A stretch of 60,928 bases of DNA, the filler included, from Sphacelaria rigidula (taxonomy: Eukaryota), in assembly GCA_964200075.2 (NCBI GenBank). It is 9 parts of 9 records of this genome, joined end to end, with 100 filler letters (N's around TTAATTAATTAA, not from the genome) between each part and the next. Parts side by side here need not be neighbours in the genome. Positions count along the whole stretch, not along the records: positions 33,908 to 40,588 come from CAXNAA020018665.1; positions 40,689 to 47,368 come from CAXNAA020018666.1; positions 47,469 to 54,148 come from CAXNAA020018667.1; 6 more parts are not named here. The stretch is one strand, 5' to 3'. How positions within the stretch are numbered: the first letter of the stretch is position 1; each line of letters starts with the position of its first letter. The position numbers were made by a program, and so were the translations under genes. The notes beneath the pieces were generated by a model that saw nothing but the letters and a program-made list of their open reading frames with translations, had not been told where the DNA came from and ran no database searches. Shown one piece after another: positions 39,901-50,558 of this stretch.

Positions 39901-40357
39901 AACTCTGCTTGAGATGGCGTTCTCAGGGGAGATGGGCTGCGGCCTGGACGTCGACGTACCGCTGCCGACGGCCGGCGGCAGCGGGTCGTCTCTCCCTGCT
40001 CTTGACGCGCTCTTCAGCGAGGAGGTGTGTGTGTGCGTGTGCGTGTGTGTGTGTTGTCACAATTCAGTGGGTCGTGATCGCGTGTATGCATCACGATCCA
40101 GTGTGTGCGTCATGATCGAGTGTGTGCATGTATACCGCTTCTGTGCTGCATATATCGGAAGATATGAGGATACGGGGAAACAGTATATACTTTGCGTGTT
40201 CAGATTCCTCCCGTGTATTGCTTGTGTGATGTTTGCCTTCGTGAAGATTGGGTTCGTCATCGAAGTGTCGGAGGAGCTCGTGGACAAAGTCACAGCAGCG
40301 TATCGCTCGGCGGGTGTGGAGGCCGTCAGCATCGGGAAGGTCACCAACGATGGGCAG
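33998..40357 (+). CDS. PFAS: Phosphoribosylformylglycinamidine synthase (FGAMS/PurL), internal exons 33998-34138, 35540-35619, 39853-40024, 40247-40357
   Basis: Phase-consistent splicing gives DITKTVTPDLK..LLYVDLGGGKARVGGTCLAQVYSQMGQTPPDVED..AFKVTQSL..ISAGHDRSDGGIVTTLLEMAFSG..ALFSEEIGFVIEV..IGKVT. Contains the PurL hallmarks VTPDLK, HDRSDGG and LFSEE. Confidence 0.95.
35718..35850. mobile_element. hAT-type MITE, family D short form (133 bp), 8-bp TSD ATTTTTTC, in PFAS intron
   Basis: attttttc|CAGGGCTATACACGTTACACG ... CGTGTAACGTGTTTAGCCCTG|attttttc. Confidence 0.9.
38137..38369 (+). mobile_element. SINE-like element copy 1 (in PFAS intron)
   Basis: Starts GGGCCGAcGCTC, has a conserved 3' body and A-rich tail; colinear with 42530-42761. 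Confidence 0.7.
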
Positions 40358-41631
40358 GTACTGTACTGCATTTTTTTTGCACACTTTTAATCCACGCCCC
40401 CCCCCCTCGGGACGAGCCCGTGGTCTCAAGGGATCACCAACTCAATGTCTCCCTCTGCATATCATTGAAAAAAATAGTGCAGATCCAAAAGTGCTCTTGT
40501 TTCGTGAATGCATGGATGTCAGGTATGCTTTCACGCCTTTTGTCGTCATTTTACACACAACATTTGCGTAAGTCCGAAAACTATTCCCNNNNNNNNNNNN
40601 NNNNNNNNNNNNNNNNNNNNNNNNNNNNNNNNTTAATTAATTAANNNNNNNNNNNNNNNNNNNNNNNNNNNNNNNNNNNNNNNNNNNNCCCCCCCTCTTT
40701 TGAATTGAAACGGCGCTATTGCGCTATTTCTAAAACCGAAACAGGGCAAACTGGATTCTCACTCTTCACTGCACTCATTAGGCATGGCGGGCAGATTTCT
40801 TGGTGTTTGCCTTGGAACCCACAGCGACAGCACAGCATCACCGAACCGGTGATCTGTGCTCGTCTCAGAACAGCAGACTTCTACTCCCCATTGGCTGTAG
40901 CTTGTTCATGATGGCGTGGCACACAGGAGCCACAGTAGTAACACATACGCCCCGCAAACGAATCGAAATGGTCACCACCGAATTGAGAATTTTCCCACAA
41001 CAAGCAAGCCACGAAAAATCTACTCCCCAAACGCCAACTTTATTTGTCGGCACACCGACGACTTCGGCCGATCGAGATGCAGCCCACCCCGCTGTAGAGA
41101 CAAGAAAAAAAGAAGAAAAAACAGCGTGTAGGAGAACGTTTCGAATCAAAGTACAACATGACAAAAATGTTTGCATCGTAACGCAGAAGACAGCATACTG
41201 TGCGGCCGTATTTTACCCCGCAAGACAATTTTCATGTCAACAACAGCTATGCACTGCAGAGACAGGCTAACATAAACCCAGACGTTACAGAAGCGAAACG
41301 GGACTCGCATCAAAGAAAAGACACGCTGAAATGCTCGAACTAATCACACTATGTTGAGATCTCCAGGCCATAAGGACGGCGAGGAAATTATACATATTTC
41401 GGTACACGTTCTCGGGCGTCCATGCACAAGCTGTGCGCCCAGGATGCGGATATCTACCCAGCGACGAGTCTGTTACCAACCTCCATATAACACCCATCGC
41501 CGGTCGCACTTGTCGACTAAACGGCCTCATCTACGATTGAACCAGAACGGTGACCCCCTGCACACAGAAGGGAGGGCTTCCGAGCCAGCCTACTACAGTA
41601 GGGAAATACTGCATCACGTTCCGGATTCCAA

Positions 41632-44600
41632 TCAGTCACTGGCTTGCGCCTCTTCCCACGCTTTGTACTTGGCTGTCTTGTCCAGGATGCCGTGTTTGAT
41701 CACGGAGTGACACATGTCCACGAATGACTCCTGAGGGGAATCAATAAAAAGGAGTGCTGAGATGCAAAGGAGAAGTTGGTGAGGACAACACGGACGAGAA
41801 AAGCAGCCACCCCGTGCATGTATCTTCTGCACAACGGGCTGACCAAAAAGGTCATCGATGGACTTCTACATGACCAAACTAAAGGGGCGCTTGCGGTCAC
41901 ACCGCTATGTTCAGGGCGAAATATGCCTGAACTCTGATTTTTTATTGTTCGATAGATTGTCGCACTATACCTGACCACCCATGGGTCCAGCCGTGGTCGT
42001 ATGACAGACTGATCAACAAAGCGGCCGCGGATACATGGACGGGAGCAAGAAACACACTTTCATCGACTGGAAAAGTCTTGTTCCACGGGCAAGACAAAAA
42101 GCGTGCCTGTTCGCTTCCAGCCCTGTCAGCACAGTTATCGCGACACAGCTTTGGCTAGACGCACCTGGTACCGCCTGAATTCCATCCCGAGGACCGTCTT
42201 TGCCTTGGAAGTATCGAAGTCGTAGAATCGCCCAAGAGATCCAGAAAACGAGCCGACACTAACAACACGTCGGTGGAGTCAGGAGAGGGGGAGTTTGTAA
42301 AGTTACTCGTGCAGTATTTCAGCAAGAAACGCAGCCAACAAGCACGAGAAAAAGCAAGCAGCACAAGTATCCTGGAGGGCGGGCGGGCGGGCAAAACGGA
42401 TGGGACAATGCATAGCTGCATAGGACGCGCCATATCGATAGTTTCCTGTGTGGCGTCTGTATAGCAACACTTGAGATGCACATGTATACATGTCAAACTT
42501 ATGGTATCCAACAAAGCACACGTTAACTAGGGCCGAAGCTCATGAGAGTAGGGCGGTGTTTGCACCACGCCAACTTGACAGGGGGTTTTAATGGGTTCGA
42601 TCCCCACACTTGCCTTGGGCAAAGCTTCCGAACGTTGGGGCGCCTACCCCACACGACTGCCGCGAGGCGGCCTAGCCGAGCCTCCACGTAATCGGCGCAC
42701 GAGCCCGCTCGCGGGGTAAGTGTTGGGTCATCTTTCTACTACCCTCGAGGGAAAAGAAAAACAACTGGAGGGTGTACAGCATCGGGGGCGGCAGCCTACG
42801 TTGTGTAATTCCACATCACACACCTAGGCACGACAAGCCCCACGATCTTCAGGAGCGGAGTCGGAAGGTTGTTACGCGGGGGCTTGTAGCCGAGCGGTTC
42901 GAAGACGGGGCGAGCCGCCTGTGCCAAGTCCTTCATCCACACGCCCGACTGAGATACTACGATGCGCTGCCCCGTCGCTTCGGGCTTCTCCTGTGGCATG
43001 AGAAGTGTGTCAAGTCCAAGGAAAGTACAGCAAATATGTGACGGTGTTGAACCGGTTCAAAAGTCGACACGTTTTCGTGCACAACCCGCACAGACCGTGA
43101 AGCGGGTCTCTTGCTTTTAACTACTACTAATAAACGTGGAACTCAAGGACGCGTGGACCAACGATGCGCCTACCACACGTGGAGCTTGTCTCGACTAAAG
43201 CTTTAATGGACATGGTCTATGTGAAGACATATCAGTCATGGGTGACCACATTCAAATCGAGGAGCAACGCGGAAGCAGCTACAATAGTCTTTCGATGTCG
43301 TGTCCAATGACTCTTGACGTGGAAACGGGAGCACTGGTACGACATCCACCTACATACAAGACCCCCCGGGTCGTTTCCATGGCCTACCATAGCGCGCACG
43401 ATGGCCTCAGCAACATCTCTGACGTCCACGACGTTCAAACACAAGTGAGGCGTGCCGGGCATCTTGGGGCTGAGGAGCTGGGCGCATATGTCGACGCTCG
43501 ACGCCACATTGGAAGAAAGAGTGGGTCCGATGATTAACGAAGGGTTGATAACAGCGAGATCAAGCGAACCCGCCGTCTCCTCGCTCTTAACGAGCTCCCA
43601 TGCAGCCCTTTCTGCGAGTACCTTTGACTTCGGGTAAGGGTCACAGCTACCCGGGGAAACAAAAGTGGAGCGTCGAAGGCGAGCAAGACGTCAGGATGGG
43701 AAGAAGCAAGGGATCACCGAGTGTGCAGGAAAAAAATACTCCCCGGCAAACTTTAAGAGACACGGTGCATGTGGACGTACGGTCAACGGCGATGGTTGAG
43801 CTCCACGTCGTGCGAGCAGACAAACCGAAAGCAACATGTGCGAGGATTTCATGCTTCGGCGCAGGTCAAATGAAATGTTGAGATGCCTGTGAACCTTCAT
43901 GGAAGCGAAGAAGAATCTCATGGACTGTTCCGTCGAGCACCGTGTGAATACCAGGTAGACAGTAATTTTCAAGGCTACCTGGAGCAAAAATCTGATTCTA
44001 TCAGACGCCAATGTGACGGTGCCGATGCAAATTTCTTTTTCATTTTCTTCGACACCAAAGCAAAGAGCAGGGCTCTCACTTTTCGGGATCGCTCCACTTC
44101 GTCTCGGGCTCGACGATGTGCCCCTCAGCCGGCGGTGTCCAGCCCGAAGTGATGGAGGCGATTGACGAAACAAGGACCACCTTCTTGACTCCCTGCAGAC
44201 GGGGCAGCGCCAGATGTGTGTCGTGTCGAAGAATTGTCAATGGCTTATCGGCAAGGTACACGACGGAAGATTTCGTATCATCCACCATATATATTTCCCT
44301 TTTCTTTTAGTAGTGGTGGCTTCCGTAAGCGTGCTTGAATACGCTTGAATACACCCGGAAATACTTAATAGCACATGCTGGCACAAGCGAAGATCGAGGT
44401 AAACAAGCGGATATATTTTGATGAGGCAAGGCGCATGAGCCGACCGAAGCAAATCATACCATCGAATGGGGTCGCGAGCACAAGTTGCCCATGCAGTCAG
44501 CAGAGGGTTTTGCTACCACACCAGCTTCTTCAATGAAGTTTCGCTTGCATCACTACTTTTCAACTCCACACACCGTAGGTCATCATCCGAAGTATACTGC

Positions 44601-45319
44601 GCGGGGTGCTCAGAACACAACAGGATCCGGGGCGACGGGAACCCGCCCTCGGTATTCAGCACGGAAACTGGTGCACTTTGAGTGTCCATCAACGATAAAT
44701 ATATAAGAAAAAAGTTCTTGCGGAATTGAAAGTCATCCACGTGCATGGCATCGGAAGAAATCTCTCCTCACTCACCAGTAACCGCACGACAGAGATGGAC
44801 AAATGTATACAATCATCTCGAGCGATTCAACTGTGAAAATCAACGAACACCATTTTCTGCTGAGAAAGCGCAATCGCGTGTGCCTCAGGAAGGTCCCGCA
44901 CTTTTCCAAGATATGGAAAGAAGTCGATGAGCCATTCCCAACGACAGAACGTTCGGTGGTATGGTCGTCGAAATTTTCCAAAAAATCGAGTTCTTTTGGC
45001 GGGGGGTGGGGATTTTCACCACCTTGGGGTGATACCCACTGGAGGATGACCAACAGTAGACGGTCCGACGAGACCAATTCAAGAATGGAGGCAAGCTGTG
45101 CAGTCACACCTTGTCGGCCTTGCAAGGCTTCAACACGTTCACAGTTCCGTCCACCGCCGGCTTGATGAGCGTGTCTTCGTCTTTCGCGGCCACACCGAGA
45201 ATGAACGGCGAAGCCACATGACAGACGTGCGTGCATCCGCTGACCGCAGCCGGCCAAGAATCAGGTTTCAGCAAGTCCGCCTCCACAAGCTCCAATTTCT
45301 CGCCGTCGGTGATAAGTTT
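41632..45319 (-). CDS. Extended SDR, NAD(P)-dependent epimerase/reductase (dihydroflavonol-4-reductase / cinnamoyl-CoA-reductase-like); exons 45319-45110, 44192-44080, 43646-43388, 42990-42824, 42258-42165, 41730-41632; first exon not found
   Basis: Phase-consistent GT-AG splicing: LELVEADLL..VCHVASPF..LIKPAVDGTVNVL..VVLVSSIAS..YPKSKVLAERAAW..VINPSLIIGP..VDVRDVAEA..FDTSKAKTVLGMEF..*. Catalytic Ser and YxxSK are present. Confidence 0.93.
42530..42761 (+). mobile_element. SINE-like element copy 2 (antisense in SDR intron) with Pol III B-box
   Basis: GGGCCGAAGCTC start, B-box-like GGTTCGATCCC at ~42594, body shared with 38137-38369, GAAAAGAAAAA tail. Confidence 0.72.
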
Positions 45320-46084
45320 CTACGGGCGGCAAAACAGGGGCGGGGCAAAACATTGTGGGTAGGGCACGTTTGTATTCGGTGGAGGAAACGATGATCAGGT
45401 TACATGAAGACACAGACACACAGATACAAGCAACGTGCACGGTAATACAGCGGTGAGCGTATCCACCTCACAAACGCCTCCTGCCCGAGCGGGAGCTCGT
45501 GGCGCCGAGAGTTTGGGAGGAGGAAGCGACAGCGGTCGTCTTTCACGTTTCCAACACGCGGGCGAGAAAGTGCCTCACAAGTCCGCCCTGCTATCATATT
45601 GGTCAAAATTCAAAAATATGCGAGGTCAGTCTAGCTCCGAAACAGTCTTCTAGCTTCCACCTACACCCACGCTATGGTCATCCTCCGAAAACGGAGTGTC
45701 AGATGTCGCATTGTTGGGGGACAGAAGGCCATGGGGAGCTCGAAGGCTCACAAATCTTGGGAGATTGTTGGCTTCGGAACCGAACACGTGAAAAAATGGC
45801 GAAGAAAAAAAACATGCTCAACCCTTATTCGGCGGAAACGGTCACCTCTACAAACTCTTTCTCGTCAAAAAGAACGCACGAAGAGGTTCATCAAGAGAGA
45901 GGGTGATGGGATACTACTACATTGCCACAAGCGTCTATCAAGGACTTGATCACCATTTCAAATACACAACAAGTGCAGCACTTTGACATCCTGTGTGACC
46001 GGGGGGGGTATATATTTCTTGACCTCAACTATTTAAGTTTTTCTCAATTACACGTCACAAAATTCGTTATAAGTCAAAAGTTAA

Positions 46085-46163
46085 GCCAGGCTAGTACTAC
46101 GGTGGGGGGACCACGTGGTACGGTGGGGGACCACGTGGTCCCCCACCGTAGTACTAGCCTGGC
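46085..46163. repeat. Short palindromic insert with internal tandem duplication
   Basis: GCCAGGCTAGTACTACGGTGGGG ... CCCCACCGTAGTACTAGCCTGGC, centred on CCACGTGG. Confidence 0.9.
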
Positions 46164-46639
46164 CCGACGCTTAATTTGATCTGACTTGACTTACGGATCG
46201 CCAAACGAAGGGATAAGGCAGGATAAGGGTTGCCAAACGAGAAAAGCTCGAGAATGGGGAAAGATGAAAACTGGGGATGTCACAAGCGGAGCGGACTAAA
46301 GCAGAAACGAGATGCGGAAAAAGAAACAAAAACAAGAACAAAGGAACGGAGAAGAACAACAACGAGAACAGTCCGTCCCGACTGAAAAAATATCATGCGA
46401 GGGATGGTCCGCCCCTGCAGCGACCAAATTCACGTGAATCTTGTGGTCCATATAGGGTACAGTGTATTTAGTATGGGACTTGCACGGGATACTGTATCCA
46501 CTAGTGACGCAAAGTTTCGGTGGAAAGAGGGGGCGGGGCGGGGGGGCATACTCATTTGTTGCTTGCCCTAGTCGTTTGACCATGGGGGCGGGGCGGGGGA
46601 GGTGTGTGTGCGCGCGCCCGACATTGTGGTGCAATATTT

Positions 46640-46896
46640 CACATGTCGGGCAGTTCATGAGCCACCTGAATATTACTTCTTATTAGTGCGCTAATCCGGA
46701 TCATGAGCCAGTTCATTCGGCCCTTTTTCCGCACTTGATCCGTACAGCGCTGGACGCCAAGCACGCGGCGTGGCGCAAAGGTAGCGCGTTGGCTTCTCCG
46801 ACCCTGCTGTCACGTATTTTGTGTTTCGGGGCAAGGGATCTGAGAGTCCTCTTCGATTAGCTATTTGAGGTAGCTCATGAGCTGTCCCACATGTGC
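46640..46896. mobile_element. MITE family E (TIR ~CACATGTCGGGCAGTTCATGAGC)
   Basis: Imperfect inverted termini; internal homology with 52079-52335. Confidence 0.65.
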
Positions 46897-46924
46897 AAGA
46901 TCTCACGACAACAGAGTATGAACA

Positions 46925-47100
46925 TTTCACACCTTGCACAATATATGGTAAATAGTTGCAATAGACAAGAAGCGTACTGCACAGAGTATAGGCCTATTGC
47001 GACTATTGTCGGCCGGCAATAGTTGCAATAGGCCTATACTTTATGCAGCACATTTATCGTCTATTGCATATATTGACAATATATTGCCCAAGGTGTGGAA
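46925..47100. repeat. 176-bp loopless fold-back (imperfect palindrome)
   Basis: The two 88-nt arms align without gaps around the central CGGCCG. Confidence 0.9.
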
Positions 47101-47244
47101 AATTTGAAGTGCCACCACATACAGTAAAATGACACAGAACTTCAACGTTACTTCAACAGCAGCCTCCGCTTGAGAGACTCGACCTCAACTGAAAATCAGG
47201 GGCTGGACTCATACCTGCAACTTCAGTCGTAGTCTTCAAACGGG

Positions 47245-47368
47245 GCGGGGGGAGGGGGGGGGGGCGTACTCATTTGTTGCTTGCCTTAGTCATTTGACCA
47301 TTGACCACGCATCCCTTTCGAGACGGAGCATATCGGGGGGAGGGGGGGGGGGGGGCGGCAGCTAGCTC
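47245..47368 (+). repeat. High-copy poly-G-flanked repeat (GTACTCATTTGTTGCTTGCCTTAGTCATTTGACCATTGACCACGCATCCCTTTCGAGACGG)
   Basis: Other copies at 6631-6682, 13630-13740 (reverse), 46529-46600 and 60792-60928 (tandem). Confidence 0.85.
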
Positions 47369-48350
47369 NNNNNNNNNNNNNNNNNNNNNNNNNNNNNNNN
47401 NNNNNNNNNNNNTTAATTAATTAANNNNNNNNNNNNNNNNNNNNNNNNNNNNNNNNNNNNNNNNNNNNGTTCTCGCAATACCGACGGTGCCATCATGCAC
47501 TATCACAAGGCATTATCATGTACTGTACTGATGAAGTGCCCTACACTGTATCACCCTAGGGTATCAAGGTACGCCACTGTACTCGAAGGATTGTTTACCG
47601 GCTGCCTGCTGTTCGGCTTCATGCACGAGAACGCAGTACCACACTCATGCAAAAAATGACGGTCTGTGTACAGAACCGTTTCACAAATCTGTGATACTGC
47701 ACCGTCTGTACCATAAAATGGTCACCCCGATTTTGAGTACACGAATTTGAGTCCCTTCGATTTTTTATATCGGGTTCCAAAAAAATCGGGACTCGTTCGC
47801 CATAAAAGTGGGTCTTGCATCCCTTCTCGCTCACAAAAGGAGAGTGGGTGTACCCCCCTCCGACTTCTGCCCCACCCCCCCCCAAAAAAATCAGTGAATA
47901 CAGACGGGGCTGTTTATTTTATGTTAATGTGTATCAAGTGGCGAATGCGTCGCATTTGACAGTGCGCTTCACCCTGATCGACGCAGGTGCGAAAGCACTT
48001 GCACCAGTGGAGTGTTTGGCACAGCAGAGTGCCTCAACATGGTGAACGGAGGAGTTGATACGGCTGTCTCCACCCTGGCTGCTTGGCGTCGATGCAGCAG
48101 CAAAAATGTATCACCCACATCTATCTTCTGTGCCTTGATGTACACACAAGCTTGTGCAAACATGGCATACATTCTGGGGGATTATAATTTTTCCGCACAA
48201 GCTGTGCCATGTTTGAATCTTTGGTTGCGCCGCGCGTTGCAACCGCCATGCACACATAGCAGTACCGTGGTAGAGTTCACCACACACGCTCTTCGGTGTT
48301 TGAATCTTTGATGTTGCGCCGCGCGTTGGAACGCATTTCTACATAAAATA

Positions 48351-48563
48351 AAGGTATCTCAAACTCGGTTCCCGGTTTGGTTTTTGGTTTATTCCCTGGC
48401 TCTGGGTTTTGTATTATTTTCTCAAGTGGAAATGATGGCGATTCGTAGGAGGACCTGACCTGGCAGTCAAAGGGTCTCATCATCTGATGAATCGGCATCA
48501 CTTTTAGTTTAAGAAAGCCAACAAAACAAACCAGGAAACCCGGAACCGAGTTTGAGATACCCC
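48351..48563. mobile_element. MITE family F (TIR GGTATCTCAAACTCGGTTCC)
   Basis: GGTATCTCAAACTCGGTTCC ... GGAACCGAGTTTGAGATACC; TA on both flanks. Confidence 0.8.
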
Positions 48564-49124
48564 TAAATACGCAAGCCGTCTCTTCTTTGGATCTTTGGTT
48601 CTGCTGTCCCTTCCAATTTGTCGTTTGATGACATCGGTTTTACCGAGCATGATCCTCATGGTCGGGATCGGGTCATCTAAAAGTGAGGTGGTTGGTGCTC
48701 TGGCTTTTCAATTTGGCGCATCGACCGACTTTAGGAGCGTACCGAAGGTAAAAGGGTGCATATATTTCATGTCCAACAGGGGGAAACTGATCGGCCAAGG
48801 CCGTAAAAAAGTGCACGATTGGGACGAATCATCGCGGGTTCGAATCACCAAATCCACGATTTCTTCGACCTGATTGCTCAAAAGGGAGAAAAAAATTGAC
48901 TGCTGGTCCACGGGGTATCCACGCAAATTTTCCGCCATTCCACGTCTGGGCTGTGTGTCCCTGAGTTGCAACCCTGAAAACAAACCCTAGGGATTGAGTC
49001 GTACGATTCGAATCAAATACACTAAAACCAAGTAATTTCCAGACGAATCATTGATTCGTCCGAACCTCGCAAAATTTGGAAGAGATCCGGGGACATACCC
49101 CCTATTTTGTAGGCCTGGGGAAAG

Positions 49125-49374
49125 TGATGCTGCGATAGCCCCGCTCCCTCACACCCACCGAAAAATGGCGAGTTCGAGGAATCTGAGTGCAATTTAACAT
49201 GACAAATGATAAATGCCGAGCGGCTGGGAACTCCCACCTTCGGGATCGTTCTCGTCGATGTTGCCCGTGTGAGGTGCTTCGTACAGCTTGAAACCAGTTA
49301 TCATGCGCTGTATGGCCATTTCTTCGTGACAGGTTTCGGGCTGGTTTGGGGGGAACGGGGCTATCGCAACATCA
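49125..49374. mobile_element. Diverged member of MITE family B (reverse orientation)
   Basis: TGATGCTGCGATAGCCCC ... GGGGCTATCGCAACATCA termini; internal sequence resembles the reverse complement of 22860-22960. Confidence 0.7.
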
Positions 49375-50558
49375 TCCGTTACTACAAGCGTAATCAGTCC
49401 ATATTTTTCCCCCTGTCTTGTCAATACTTCTTGTCCGCGGCGGGTCGCGGCTCAGCCGCGTCCACCGCCCCCTCCCCGGCTGGTGAGGGGGCTCTGTCGG
49501 AGCCACTTTTTAACGCGATTTGGCTTCACTAGATAAGGCAGATATATATACATATATATATATATTGACTTGAACCGAATATTCCAAGGTGGCTTCCGGG
49601 TGAGGAGTGCTCGGTTTTGGTCCGTTTGGCTCGAAAAAAATGAAACATGAACTCTTGCTTGCTAACCGTTCTTATCCCCCTCTCATTTTGTTTTTTCTTT
49701 CCCTTCTTTACAGTTTTCTCAGCAGATGTGCTGGATTTGTTTTTACCCCACCCCCGATCAACTCGGGGGAAGTCTATTTCTCTTGAGTTTTCTGGGCGTG
49801 TCTCTGTTTTTGTTTTTATTTGGTACTCTTTATTTTTGTTTTTGGAGTCTCGGAAAAAACAGCGAGAGCTCCACCTCTTGTGAAGAAATATTTAGGTTTT
49901 GATTTAGTGATGAACCGAGAGATATCGTTCGGGGCAATAAGTTGAAAGTACGAGACTCAATATTTCAGTATTGCCATCAGCTGCCTCGGTTGTGTCGTCA
50001 CGAGTGTGTCGTTGACGTCTCCTTTTTTACTATTCCTGAGTCATCATCCATTTTACTTCTTCCTGCAATCCACTTATTCCTTGTGCGAGGGCAGCACGCA
50101 TGGTCCCGTCCAACCACGTTTCGCTGCTTGAAACCATAAACCATTTGTTGTATTCAACATCTTTTTTTGCAATCGTTCGCATTGATGTCGCCGTTCTGAT
50201 CCTGTTCACGCTCGCTTTTTTTTCTTCTTTCCATTTTTCGTTCCCCCATATACATTCATTTCCAGGTATTTCATGTTATATGGCTACACTGGAGACAACA
50301 ACAGTATCATAGTATATAGAAAAAAGCCATGGTATCATACTAAGATATCGTCCATCGAGCGAACCTTCAGCTCAAAATAACTCATACGAGCTCCATTTTC
50401 GTGAGAAATGGAGTAATGTTGTGTGGGTATGGTGATGGTGCTCTGCTCTGCTTTGTCGTTTAATTTACTTCCTTTTTTTATTTTTTTATTGTCTTTCTCT
50501 TCGCCGCCCTTCCGGAAACGAAAACAAACCAAAACTACAAACTCAACATAAAAAAAAG

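Noticed and set aside
42530..42612. tRNA gene
   Set aside because: B-box present but no convincing cloverleaf; continues into a repeat body with A-tail, so treated as a SINE.
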